Below are positions 40,424 to 50,511 of a stretch of DNA of 64,000 nucleotides, in pieces; position 1 is the first letter of the stretch; the number at the start of each line of letters is the position of its first letter. Source of the stretch: Candidatus Helarchaeota archaeon (GTDB taxonomy: Archaea > Asgardarchaeota > Lokiarchaeia > Helarchaeales > RDOG01); assembly GCA_019058315.1 (NCBI GenBank), contig JAHPZH010000005.1, forward strand, positions 224,001 through 288,000, in the 5' to 3' direction. The notes beneath the pieces are model-generated. The model saw nothing but the letters and a program-made list of their open reading frames with translations, was not told the origin of the DNA and searched no databases. A program made the translations under genes and the position numbers.

Positions 40424-41362
40424 TTATTTAATTTTTTCAAGTTCTGCCTGTCTTTTTGCAAGTGTATACGAACTAATAAGAACTAGTCCTATTCCGACTG
40501 TTAAAAATATAATTGAAAGTAAATTAGGAATGGGTAGTAGATATACAATAATAAAATAAAATGGGGGCACTATTTGGATAGGAACTTGTTGAATTGGAAC
40601 CATATGGCTTGCTTTGGCAACCCTGAATGCCTCTTGGATTTTGGCAATACCTAACATATTCACTAAAACCAAAATAATACTAGCAGTGGTAAATATTAAC
40701 AATTCATCTAGAATAAATCTGCCACTTAGCACATGAGCAATCGTACCTAAAAGTGGGCTTATCCAAAAATTTGAGAGTGCGAACATAGTTCCAGAAAGAT
40801 TTGCCAAAAAAATTCCCTTATATATTCCTTTTCTTTGTAAAAGCTCACAAATTAATGCAAATAAAAATAAGATAATGGTAAAGATTGTAATCCTAATAAT
40901 TAAATCGATATTTAGAAAGTCTATTAAAGCAATTTTTATATCCATTCCACTAAATCCAATAAAAGCAATGGCTCCAATCATTAAAAAAATTCCAATTATT
41001 TCAGAAACTTCTAGTTCTTCTCCTAAAATTTTAATAGACCCTATTGCTAGTACTATTAAACCAGCAGCCATAAGACCAGGAATTAATGTCGGACCAATGT
41101 AGAGCTGTGCAAGCATAAAGAGTGCAGCTCCAACCCCCATTCCTGAAATTAATCCTAATAACCATATTGGATTTTTAATTAGGCTTCTCATTAATTTCGC
41201 CTCATCTGGAACTTTATTTACAACTATTTTTTGTAAGACTGCTCCTATATTGGAAAAAATGCCTGATAATATCGCCAAAAAAACTCCTATCCAATAATCC
41301 ATTAAATTTTTACCGAAAATTTCAGATAAAGTCTCAATAATTGCTTCTGCTAAATTTATCAT
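40424..41362 (-). CDS. DMT-superfamily membrane transporter (NIPA-like)
   Basis: About 9 TM helices, LQK, NPIWLLG, ILGEEL. Confidence 0.7.
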   Translation of the reverse strand: MINLAEAIIETLSEIFGKNLMDYWIGVFLAILSGIFSNIGAVLQKIVVNKVPDEAKLMRSLIKNPIWLLGLISGMGVGAALFMLAQLYIGPTLIPGLMAAGLIVLAIGSIKILGEELEVSEIIGIFLMIGAIAFIGFSGMDIKIALIDFLNIDLIIRITIFTIILFLFALICELLQRKGIYKGIFLANLSGTMFALSNFWISPLLGTIAHVLSGRFILDELLIFTTASIILVLVNMLGIAKIQEAFRVAKASHMVPIQQVPIQIVPPFYFIIVYLLPIPNLLSIIFLTVGIGLVLISSYTLAKRQAELEKIK

Positions 41363-41463
41363 TTATACGCATCCATTTCTTTTTCTTATCCTAAAAAGAA
41401 ATTAAATACTTAAGAAGTGAGATTCAAATTTCTCCTTTAAAACCGCTGTTTATACCAAATGAA

Positions 41464-42249
41464 TTATTTACCCTTAAATTTTCCTTGCCTTTTTTGAAAG
41501 AAAGCTGAAACTCCTTCGTTAAAATCTCTAGTTCCATGAGTAAGCAGAAGTTGGTCACCATCCATATGCATAATCGATTGATCTAATGCCGAAACAACAT
41601 TATTAATACTTTTTTTAATCATTTGGGCAGGTATTGGTGGCATTGCAGCATATTTCTTGGCAATTTCAATCGCTCGCTCTAATAAATTATTCTTAGGAAC
41701 CACTTCGCTTAAAAATCCCCATTTCAATAGCGTTTGTGCATCGTTATTATTTCCAAGAATTATCATTTCTTTTGCATATGTAGGACCGATTAAATGAACT
41801 ACTAATGGTAGACTGACCCAGCTTAGGCTCATACCTAACCTACTTTCTGGAAATCCTACAGAGCAATCTTCTGTACCAATTCGAAAATCTAGTGCAGTGA
41901 CAATACATGCAGCTCCCCCAAGAGCAAATCCATTTATTGCTGCAATTGTGATCTGGTCCATCTCATAGAGACAACGAACCATTTTTGGACCAAAATAATA
42001 ATCCCGTTGTCTACCAAGAAGTGTTTTCGGAGTTTGCGGTTCTTTTAAATCTACACCAACGCTAAAATTCTTACCTGCGCCCGTGAAAATTACTACACGA
42101 GTCTCTGTATCTTCATGGAACTCCTCTGTGACTTTAATAATCTCCTTCCTAAGAGTACTATTAAGTGCATTCAGTTTATCTGGACGATTTAAGGTTACAA
42201 TGGCTATGTGGTCATCTCTTCGTTCGATAAGGATATTTTCATATTTCAT
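41464..42249 (-). CDS. Enoyl-CoA hydratase/isomerase
   Basis: LNRPDKLNAL, FSVGVDL, INGFALGG, PESRLG. Confidence 0.92.
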   Translation of the reverse strand: MKYENILIERRDDHIAIVTLNRPDKLNALNSTLRKEIIKVTEEFHEDTETRVVIFTGAGKNFSVGVDLKEPQTPKTLLGRQRDYYFGPKMVRCLYEMDQITIAAINGFALGGAACIVTALDFRIGTEDCSVGFPESRLGMSLSWVSLPLVVHLIGPTYAKEMIILGNNNDAQTLLKWGFLSEVVPKNNLLERAIEIAKKYAAMPPIPAQMIKKSINNVVSALDQSIMHMDGDQLLLTHGTRDFNEGVSAFFQKRQGKFKGK

Positions 42250-42367
42250 AGCTTTAGCTTTAGATTAAAATTTATAAATTTTTGTGAAAAGGTTAAAAAA
42301 TAAGATAATATTGGGGGTTTTTTTTCCTTTTACCATCGTTTTTTAATACCAGAATATATTCTAGCAA

Positions 42368-43537
42368 TTATACAAATTCGGTATTGATTCCTATACCTTT
42401 TGAAATAATATGAGAGGATGTAGCTTTTATATTTTTGGGTGTTTGATGGTCTATGTCTAGATATATTCCAGCACAAGTTTCCTCAACTGTCATCCCTAAA
42501 GAATCAGGGGTTATCCAGTCTCCTTTTGGAAAATCATAACTAAATTGTTCTCGTTCATAAGTTGATTTCTTTTTATAGTTTGGTAATTTACGGTCTAAGG
42601 TTTGCCAAGGATAGGGGACTCCCTCTTGTCGTGGTATCGCAACTGCATGTTCCCAAAGCTCTGGAAAATTTTCTACAACCCATTTTACACCGTCTTCTTC
42701 TAAGGCCATCAAATACATCTTGTGTTCAGTTGTAATTCCAGTTAAACCTAAGGTCCATTTGTTTCTACCAGCTAACATGAAAGCATTAAGCATTGGAGGC
42801 CAAGGGATATATCCAAAGTAATTATCTGGAAGCCCTAAGTTTTTTGCGTTGATTCCATCATGAATCCAAGCAAATTGTTCATAATTAGAAGCTTCTCCCA
42901 TTAAATTGATAATTCCACTAATCCATACCATACAAATAATATAAGAACTGTCCGACCATTGAGGACTTCTCTCGTTTCTAACATCTTTAAGGACGTCAAT
43001 TAACCTTTCTCCTGCTTTGAAAAGGCCTTTGGTCTTGCTGGTCATTTCTCGTAACTTTAGTCCATATTTTAAATGACGTCTTTCTAAAATTTCATCTTCT
43101 GGACCTACAAGCCACCAATCTACTGGGACTCCATCCTCACAGTGTCCATTAAGAAGACCAATAACTTCTTGGTCGATATCATTAACAACAACAAATGTCA
43201 AATCACAAGACTCACCATATATAAGCTTAAGTGATCCTTGGCTTAGATCCCCCCTAATCGGAAGAATTGGAGGAAATAAAAGGTAGGACAAAACTTTATC
43301 TGGATTTTTAAGTGACCCATCAATTACAGCTTTAGCAGTTCTGATTGATTCGTCTAACCTAAGCTTTAACAAATCATATACAAATTCTGTAGAAAATTCA
43401 GCGATAGCCTCTTCGTAATAATCTAAGCCTAATTCTTGATACATTCTCCATAGATGACGTCCAAATGGTATGAAACGCTTTGTTTTCATCGTATCTGGAA
43501 TTTCTGAATATGTATGCATTTTTAATATCTCCCTCAT
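42368..43537 (-). CDS. Hypothetical protein (389 aa)
   Basis: Long ORF with enzyme-like motifs (FPP..RGDL, NGHCEDGVPVDWW, RNERSPQW). Confidence 0.8.
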   Translation of the reverse strand: MREILKMHTYSEIPDTMKTKRFIPFGRHLWRMYQELGLDYYEEAIAEFSTEFVYDLLKLRLDESIRTAKAVIDGSLKNPDKVLSYLLFPPILPIRGDLSQGSLKLIYGESCDLTFVVVNDIDQEVIGLLNGHCEDGVPVDWWLVGPEDEILERRHLKYGLKLREMTSKTKGLFKAGERLIDVLKDVRNERSPQWSDSSYIICMVWISGIINLMGEASNYEQFAWIHDGINAKNLGLPDNYFGYIPWPPMLNAFMLAGRNKWTLGLTGITTEHKMYLMALEEDGVKWVVENFPELWEHAVAIPRQEGVPYPWQTLDRKLPNYKKKSTYEREQFSYDFPKGDWITPDSLGMTVEETCAGIYLDIDHQTPKNIKATSSHIISKGIGINTEFV

Positions 43538-43639
43538 AGAATTTTTAAAATCAAATTATTAAGATCTTAAATTTTATTGATTTGAAATTAATGACCAATT
43601 TTATTTAATTTCTATATTTATAAATCTCGTCCTTTACTT

Positions 43640-44974
43640 TCATGAATTATTGCATATTTGCTTTGGAAATTTTGCGAAACTGATTAATGCAATTAACATA
43701 GCAGCAAAGGCTATTCCACCAATCATTAAGATTGGACCTAATGGATTATAAGTATTGGCTATATTCCAACTTTCATCAATTATTATTCCGATCCAGAAAA
43801 AGCTCAATATTGCCCCCTCCAACCCTATAGCTCCTGAAATTGCTAGTTTTTCTAACATTTCTTGCATTGAATAATACATACTTTCCCTTCTAAGCCCCGT
43901 CCTTTTTTCTTCATCATCAATAATATCAGCAATTAGCACTGGCGAAATTATCCATATTCCTCCCATACCGATTCCTCCAAAAACTGCGAAAAAGATGCCA
44001 AAAATAATTTTTGCTAAGCCGAAAAGGATGAGGAAAAACCAAGATAAACCTAAAGGTATTGTAAAAAAAATCATTGTTAAAATGTAGGTAATTTTCTTTC
44101 CATATTTAATACTTAATTTTTCCCATAATATAATACTTGAAAATGCCCCTACAAATAGAAAGGCGGATATTATAAAAACTTCAGAGAGTTTCAGTCCTAT
44201 AACGCTTACGATTAAAAATGGTAATATTGCAGAAAGGATACGGAATGCAAATTCAATAGCTGTTTTGTTAATTAGAAATAATTGATAAGGAGGATTTTGA
44301 AAAGAGATTTTTAATGCTTCTTTAAAGGAAGTTTTTTCGATTTCTTGATATTCAGGATTTTCTTTGATGGATAACAGGGGTAAAATGGTAAGCACAATAA
44401 TAATAGAAAATATAATAGCTGAAAATGGATATCCGAGACCTTCATATAATATTGGAGCTACTGTAACCGAAATCACTGTAGCTAATACGGCGAATATATT
44501 ACTGTACATCGATACTGATAATCTATCTTCAGAGCTAATAGCGATTTCTGGAAGAAGAGCATAAACTGGCACAACAAGAAATGTAAACATGGCATCAAAA
44601 ATTGAAATTATTATTAGGACATAAATCGAGATAACGGTAGATCCTAGCCCAATGGGAGGAGTCCAAAGTAAAATATATAATATTATTAATGGAATAATTC
44701 CCATAATTATAAATGGCTTCCTTCTTCCAAAACGAGACCTATAATTATCACTTTTGGATCCAACTATTGGATTAAATATAGCATCAACAATTCTTCCAAT
44801 AGCTAATGCTATCCCCATAATGAGTCCACCCGCAGCGAATCCAATAAAGGCTTGATCTAGATAAAAATATAAAATATAACTTAAAAATGTGCCATTAATT
44901 ATGCTAATTCCAAAATTTCCCAGACTATAAATTAATTTAGTTCTTATACTAATTTTTTCCATTGTTCCACCCAT
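43640..44974 (-). CDS. MFS transporter, GPH/MelB family
   Basis: DAIFNPIVGSKSD..SRFGRRKPF, ADIID.....G.RRESMY. Confidence 0.92.
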   Translation of the reverse strand: MGGTMEKISIRTKLIYSLGNFGISIINGTFLSYILYFYLDQAFIGFAAGGLIMGIALAIGRIVDAIFNPIVGSKSDNYRSRFGRRKPFIIMGIIPLIILYILLWTPPIGLGSTVISIYVLIIISIFDAMFTFLVVPVYALLPEIAISSEDRLSVSMYSNIFAVLATVISVTVAPILYEGLGYPFSAIIFSIIIVLTILPLLSIKENPEYQEIEKTSFKEALKISFQNPPYQLFLINKTAIEFAFRILSAILPFLIVSVIGLKLSEVFIISAFLFVGAFSSIILWEKLSIKYGKKITYILTMIFFTIPLGLSWFFLILFGLAKIIFGIFFAVFGGIGMGGIWIISPVLIADIIDDEEKRTGLRRESMYYSMQEMLEKLAISGAIGLEGAILSFFWIGIIIDESWNIANTYNPLGPILMIGGIAFAAMLIALISFAKFPKQICNNS

Positions 44975-45058
44975 ATAAAAGAGGACAATTAGGAATTATT
45001 AATAAAAAATACTTTTTGGACCTTTTTGGATTTAATTAAGAAGAAAATATATTATGTA

Positions 45059-45412
45059 CTATTCTCCTTCTCCTACAGGTTCTTTACCTGTGTATACACT
45101 ATTGGAACTGGGGTGTGTACTGCTAACATATATGTAAACTGGTTTTTCATTTCGAAGTATATCTATATACCAACTAAATTGGTAGGCTTGTTCATGTGGG
45201 ATGTAGAGCATTGCTTTTTTTATAACGGGATCGTATGAATTATTAGGGATAACGCTATCTGGATGTAAGAATTTTATAGTAAGTTCATGTTCATCATCAC
45301 CAGTAATTACAATATAGGCATAAAAATCTAATTTTTTATCATCAATTGTAGAACTTAATTTTCTCCCAAGAAAAACCTCATAGCTTCTGGCTTTAAATGT
45401 ATGAGTTACCAT
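45059..45412 (-). CDS. Conserved-looking hypothetical protein
   Basis: IDILRNEKPVY and C-terminal EPVGEGE. Confidence 0.75.
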   Translation of the reverse strand: MVTHTFKARSYEVFLGRKLSSTIDDKKLDFYAYIVITGDDEHELTIKFLHPDSVIPNNSYDPVIKKAMLYIPHEQAYQFSWYIDILRNEKPVYIYVSSTHPSSNSVYTGKEPVGEGE

Positions 45413-45532
45413 ATATTTTCATCCTACTATTAATTTATAAGATTATTAATTATCAAATCTAAAGGATTTAATATTTTTTTATTTTTGATGATATTAACAA
45501 TTTAATCAAAAAAAAAAAGAAAATAAGTTAAA

Positions 45533-47074
45533 TTATTTACGTTTTCTATATATTAATACCACAATAATTAGTAACGTAACTCCTATAGCAATGCTGACAA
45601 TTATTAAGGGAAGTGTCAGATCAGATTCTGGAGAAAGAGTCATAATTAGAAGGATTATATCTACTAGGCTTTCTTTGGTAGAGGTTTTATTGTTTGAATA
45701 CATTATTTCTATATCTATTCCCCAGATACCATTCGTATGATCTTCCCATACAACATGCACTACTCCATTTTCGTCCGTCAATATAGTGGGATTTATACTT
45801 GTATCATCATTCCAACCAGAACTATCATCCGAAATCACTTCTATATTCGACCAACCCGTCACAGTGTATTTTGAATACATTATTTCCTGATCCGTTCCCC
45901 AAGTACCGTCAGTACTGTCTTGCCAAACTACATGTATTATCCCATCTTTATCTACAGTAATATCAGGTTGTTCACTGAGACCATCATTCCAACCCGTATT
46001 ATCATCCGAAATCACTGATGCGTTTGACCAGCCAGTAGAGGTATGATTCATGTACATAATTTCTCTATCATTTCCCCATTCACCATTTGTGTCATCAAAC
46101 CAAACGACGTGGACTGTTCCGTTACTATCTGTTGCTATATCAGGCCAAAAACTACTTTGATCATTCCATCCATAAATATCTGAAATCGCTGTTGCATTTG
46201 ACCAACTAGTAGAAGTAGTGTAGTTTGCATACATTATTTCCCAATCCGTTCCCCATTTACCATTTGTGTCATCATACCAAACAACATGGACAGTTCCATT
46301 AATATCTGTAGCTATTTTTGGCACTAATGATTGATCATCATTCCAACCTGTATAATCATCCGATATCACAGTCGCATTCGACCAGCCAGAAGTTGTATAA
46401 TTTGTATACATTATTTCTGTATCAACCCCCCATTCACCATTTGTATTATCATGCCAGACTACATGTATTACATCATTATTGTCAATTGCAATACTTGGAT
46501 ATTGACTACTCTCATTATTCCATAAATTTTGATCATCAGAAATGACTATCGGATTTGACCATCCAACACCAGTATTATTAATATAAAATATTTCTTGATC
46601 GTTTCCAAAGCCAATATCTGAAGAATCTTGCCAGATCACATGAATTACTCCGTTATTATCGATTGCAATATCAGGATTTTCACTAATACCCGTATTCCAA
46701 TTGCTGCTATTGTCTGATATTACTGTTGCGTTTGTCCAGGCGCCGGATTCACATTTAGCATACATAATCTCTGAATCCGTTCCCCACTCGCCATCAGTGT
46801 CATCCCTCCAAACAACATGGATGACGCTATTGTTATCAATGGCAATAGAACAAGCGTAACTATTACCGTCGTTTCAATTAGTATTATCATCAGATATTAC
46901 CTTTCCTTTAGACCAACCGGAACTATTTAAAGCTAAAGAACTATTTCCACAAGTCTTTAAAGGTATTTGAATGTTAGAATTGGATAAGACCAAACAGAAT
47001 GTCGAAAAGAATAATATTTGTGATATTAAAATATATAATTTTAATTTACGGTTCAAATTGTAACTCTCCTTCAT
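45533..47074 (-). pseudogene. Secreted beta-propeller repeat protein with C-terminal anchor, interrupted by one in-frame TGA (46874-46876)
   Basis: ORFs 46874-47074 and 45533-46765 are in the same frame; the intervening codons read ISDDNTN*NDGNSYACSIAIDNNSVIHVVWRDDTDGEWGTDSEIMY, a complete repeat. Confidence 0.85.
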
Positions 47075-47229
47075 TTTTTTTGAAGTTACTTTAATTTTAA
47101 AATAATTATTTATAAAAGTTTATTAATTAATCTTTTTTAGAATCCATTTTTAAATTAACAATAGCACTGAGTCTTTCGAATAATAATTCTCTTCTTTTTG
47201 TTATTATGGAATTGCCAAGGATTCTTAAT

Positions 47230-47814
47230 CTATTTTTTCTTTCTTAATTTCAGTTCTATATTCTTCATTTTAGCAAATTTATTAAGGAACTCTTTTAGAA
47301 TTTTGGCTTTATTTTTTATATCTCCATCGTCTATCTTTTCATTTTTAATTTTTTGTTCTATTTCCTCCAATGACTTCTCAATATCTTCAATTGGTAATAG
47401 AGTTGCAGCAATACAAAAAAAATTCTTTGACCTTCCATCATTATAATCTTTTAATATCGTATTAAGCAGATTAATTCGCCTTTCTTGTTGTTCTATAAAT
47501 GCTTTAATACCATTTTTTTTGATGAATTCAAAATTAGGCTTGACTTTTTTATAGGTTAGAAAAGAGTCATATTTTGTTGTCAAATTTTTTTCTAATTTAA
47601 TACATGGAAATTCGTCACACTGAGCACAAACTTCAAGATTCTTTTTCTTTACACAACATGTTATAAATGAACATGATGGATGCTTATTGGAGAAATTAGG
47701 ACCACAACATCCAGGGCATTTTGAACTACCTTCTGTGTTATATCTTGGACATAATCCACAATCAAGGCCACAACAGCCAAGGGTGGGATGATCTTTCACA
47801 GAGTGTTTACTCAA
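47230..47814 (-). CDS. DUF3795 Cys-rich protein
   Basis: CCGLDCGLC, CPGC, CC....CAQCDEFPC. Confidence 0.85.
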   Translation of the reverse strand: MSKHSVKDHPTLGCCGLDCGLCPRYNTEGSSKCPGCCGPNFSNKHPSCSFITCCVKKKNLEVCAQCDEFPCIKLEKNLTTKYDSFLTYKKVKPNFEFIKKNGIKAFIEQQERRINLLNTILKDYNDGRSKNFFCIAATLLPIEDIEKSLEEIEQKIKNEKIDDGDIKNKAKILKEFLNKFAKMKNIELKLRKKK

Positions 47815-47871
47815 ATCATTTCACGAAAAGAAGGTCTATTGATTTTTAAAATGTAAAAGAAATAATAATTT

Positions 47872-48498
47872 CTATTTTTTCAGCTTTTTACCACATTTAA
47901 CACAAAATGTAGAATCAGATGTATTAAATTCGCCACAAATTGGACAAGGTTTTTCTATTAATAAATCAATTTTTTTTCCACATTTAGGACAAAAATTCTT
48001 TGGCTCTTTAATTACATTTCCACAATCTGGACATTTATATTGAACAGTTGGTTTTGTTATTACCACCTTCATTGGTTTAACTGGTTCTGGAATTGTTTCA
48101 TTTTCAGCAGATTCAAGCGGTTCCAAACTTATTCCCTTTTCGGTTGATGGGTTCTCAAATATACTATCATCAATTGCGGCTAATGAAGATATGTCTTTGA
48201 TTTCTTCTGCAATTTTTATACCTCTTGAAGTTAATGAAAGCAAGTTATTTTTAATTTCGATTAAACCTTGATCTTCCAATTCATTAATTGCACCTTGCAC
48301 GTCAGCTGCTGTCGCTATTCCCCTATCTAATAGCTTAAAGGGATTTATATTTTTAGTTAAAAATACCCCTTCTAGTTTGCGATATTCTTCAGCTTCATTG
48401 GGTGTTCCGAGATACTTATTTTTCTTTTTTAATAATCTTTTTAGTGTATAAACCTTAATTTCCTTAAATATTTTAGGATTAATTCTTTCTACTGGCAT
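47872..48498 (-). CDS. Winged-helix plus double zinc-ribbon protein
   Basis: LE.QGLI...LTSRG; CPDC, CPKC, CPIC, CVKC. Confidence 0.8.
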   Translation of the reverse strand: MPVERINPKIFKEIKVYTLKRLLKKKNKYLGTPNEAEEYRKLEGVFLTKNINPFKLLDRGIATAADVQGAINELEDQGLIEIKNNLLSLTSRGIKIAEEIKDISSLAAIDDSIFENPSTEKGISLEPLESAENETIPEPVKPMKVVITKPTVQYKCPDCGNVIKEPKNFCPKCGKKIDLLIEKPCPICGEFNTSDSTFCVKCGKKLKK

Positions 48499-48641
48499 GA
48501 ATTTTCCTCTTATTATTAAATTTCTTATTTTATCTAAACTACATTTAACTTAAAAATTTCATTTTTGAGGCGAATAAAAAGACATAAAAAAACTTAATTT
48601 TCAAAATTAAAACATTAAAAATGTATGTTTTAATTTAGAAG

Positions 48642-49451
48642 GTGCATAATGAAATGGAGAATGAAAAAAAACTAATTATTACAGTTACTACAGCAAATTC
48701 TTGGATATATCCCGAATTAAAGAATTGGCCGGAAACATTAGATGATCTCATAGAAACAATTGTCCAATGTCATAAAGCCGGTGCAGCTATTGCACATATT
48801 CACCTGATTAGAGGTAAAGAAAAAGAGATAGTTCAAAGAATTCGTGAACAATGTGATATTATAATTCAGGCAGGTATGTCAAGTGATCCCATAGAAAAAA
48901 GAAAACCATTATTTGATTCAAAACCAGACATGGTCTCCATAATCTTAAATCATCATGATGAACGTTTTACAAGTGTTGAATTACATCAGCTTCATCCAAG
49001 GGAGGAGTTAGAAAAATATTGTAAAACTTGCAAGGAATATAAAATAAAACCAGAATGGGAAGTCTGGCATCATGGGTCCATTTGGAATTTAAACTATTTA
49101 ATTAAGAAAAATCTAATTGATGGACCCCATTTTTTATCAGTTTTTTTTAATTGGCCTGGAGGTGCATGGAGTCCCCCCGAACCAGGAGAATATTTACACC
49201 GTATTAAATATTTTCCAAAAGATTCTTTACATACAGTAAGTATTATGGGGTCAGAGCAAGTAAAAATTGCTACATTAGCAGTCTCAATGGGTGGACATAT
49301 TCGTGTCGGGACTGAAGACTACCCGTTTATTAAAGAAGGAGTTCCTGCTAAAAATAATGCAGAAATTGTTAAAAATTGGGTTTTAATCAGCGAAAAAATG
49401 GGAAGATCTGTTGCCACACCTTCAGAGGCTCGTAATATGATTGGTATTTAG
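48642..49451 (+). CDS. Beta-keto acid cleavage enzyme (BKACE/Kce family)
   Basis: AGAAIAHIH, KPEWE, GGHIRVGTED, GRSVATPSEAR. Confidence 0.9.
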   Translation: MHNEMENEKKLIITVTTANSWIYPELKNWPETLDDLIETIVQCHKAGAAIAHIHLIRGKEKEIVQRIREQCDIIIQAGMSSDPIEKRKPLFDSKPDMVSIILNHHDERFTSVELHQLHPREELEKYCKTCKEYKIKPEWEVWHHGSIWNLNYLIKKNLIDGPHFLSVFFNWPGGAWSPPEPGEYLHRIKYFPKDSLHTVSIMGSEQVKIATLAVSMGGHIRVGTEDYPFIKEGVPAKNNAEIVKNWVLISEKMGRSVATPSEARNMIGI

Positions 49452-49459
49452 GAAGTAAT

Positions 49460-50212
49460 ATGATGAAATTAAAAGGAAAAGTAGCTTTAATTACCGGAGG
49501 AACAGCCGGGATTGGTAAAGCAACAGCTATACTGTTTGCTAAGGAAGGAGCAAGAATAGCAATAAATGGAAGAAATGAAAAAAAAGGAGAAGAAACTTTA
49601 AAAGCTTTGAAAAATATGGGTGCTGAAGCAATTTTTATCCAAGGTGATGTTTCAAAGGCAATTGATGCAAAAAAAATGGTTGAAGAGATAATAAAGAAAT
49701 TTAAGAAATTAGATATTTTGTTTAATAATGCAGGGATAGTGACACCAGGGACAATTGAATCTCTTACAGAAGAACAATGGGATAGAGAAATGGCAATTAA
49801 TGTAAAAGGAGTATTTTTAGTTACAAAATCAGCACTTCCTGAACTTCGAAAAACTAAAGGATGTATAATTAATAACGCTTCGGTAATCGCAGTTAAAGGA
49901 GTAAAAAATAGAGCTGTTTATTCCGCTTCAAAAGGAGCAGTTTTAACTTTAACAAAAGCTATGGCTGCAGAATTTTTAGACTATGGTATTAGGGTTAATG
50001 CAATTCTACCAGGAGTGACAGATACTCCATCACTTCATGTTCGATTGTCAAAATCTCTTGATCCAGAAGCTACTAGAGCGGAATTAATTGCGCGACAGCC
50101 ATTAAAACGTATGGCAAAGCCTGAGGAAATAGCTGAGGCAGTTTTATTCTTAGCTACTAATGAATTTAGCACAGGAACTGCCTTGTTTATTGATGGTGGA
50201 ATGACCATATAA
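49460..50212 (+). CDS. Short-chain dehydrogenase/reductase
   Basis: TGGTAGIG, NNAG, YSASK, IDGG. Confidence 0.95.
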   Translation: MMKLKGKVALITGGTAGIGKATAILFAKEGARIAINGRNEKKGEETLKALKNMGAEAIFIQGDVSKAIDAKKMVEEIIKKFKKLDILFNNAGIVTPGTIESLTEEQWDREMAINVKGVFLVTKSALPELRKTKGCIINNASVIAVKGVKNRAVYSASKGAVLTLTKAMAAEFLDYGIRVNAILPGVTDTPSLHVRLSKSLDPEATRAELIARQPLKRMAKPEEIAEAVLFLATNEFSTGTALFIDGGMTI

Positions 50213-50365
50213 AATATATCTTTCAAAGGCATTTAATTCAATTTATAGTGCCACTAAGGGAATTTTGTCGGAAAATATGAAATACTCCATCAATAATATT
50301 TTTTGCCTTTTTGAAATTTTATACAAAATGTTTAAAAATAATGTTTCTTAAATTCTGATCGTAAG

Positions 50366-50481
50366 TTTAAAAAACCCACAGTGTAAGAAGTGAAAATATT
50401 GAGGGATTTTGTTCACCATTGTTTTGGAAAACTTTAAAACAGTGAACTGTGGAAATACTCAAACTAACAATTCTGTTTTTT
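50366..50481 (+). promoter_or_regulatory. his operon leader: TATA box, His-His leader ORF, alternative hairpins and T6 tract (candidate attenuator)
   Basis: TTTAAAAA 50366; hairpin 50399-50462; AAAACAG 50436 can pair with TGTTTT 50420 or CTGTTTT 50473; T6 at 50476-50481. Confidence 0.65.
50390..50437 (+). CDS. Putative histidine leader peptide (hisL-like), MKILRDFVHHCFGKL
   Basis: GTG 50390 (or in-frame TTG 50399), CAC-CAT at 50414-50419, TAA 50435; 75 nt upstream of hisG. Confidence 0.6.
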   Translation: MKILRDFVHHCFGKL

Positions 50482-50511
50482 ATATCAAATTAAATTATTA
50501 TAGTTTTAGAT

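Noticed and set aside
46874-46876. Selenocysteine or genome-wide TGA=Trp recoding
   Set aside because: The position is a conserved Trp, not Cys; no SECIS-like structure after 45533; many genes here terminate at TGA and use TGG for Trp.
50399-50481. T-box riboswitch with a His specifier bulge
   Set aside because: A His codon is bulged, but there is no T-box consensus or stem I motifs and the element is too short; the leader-peptide model fits better.
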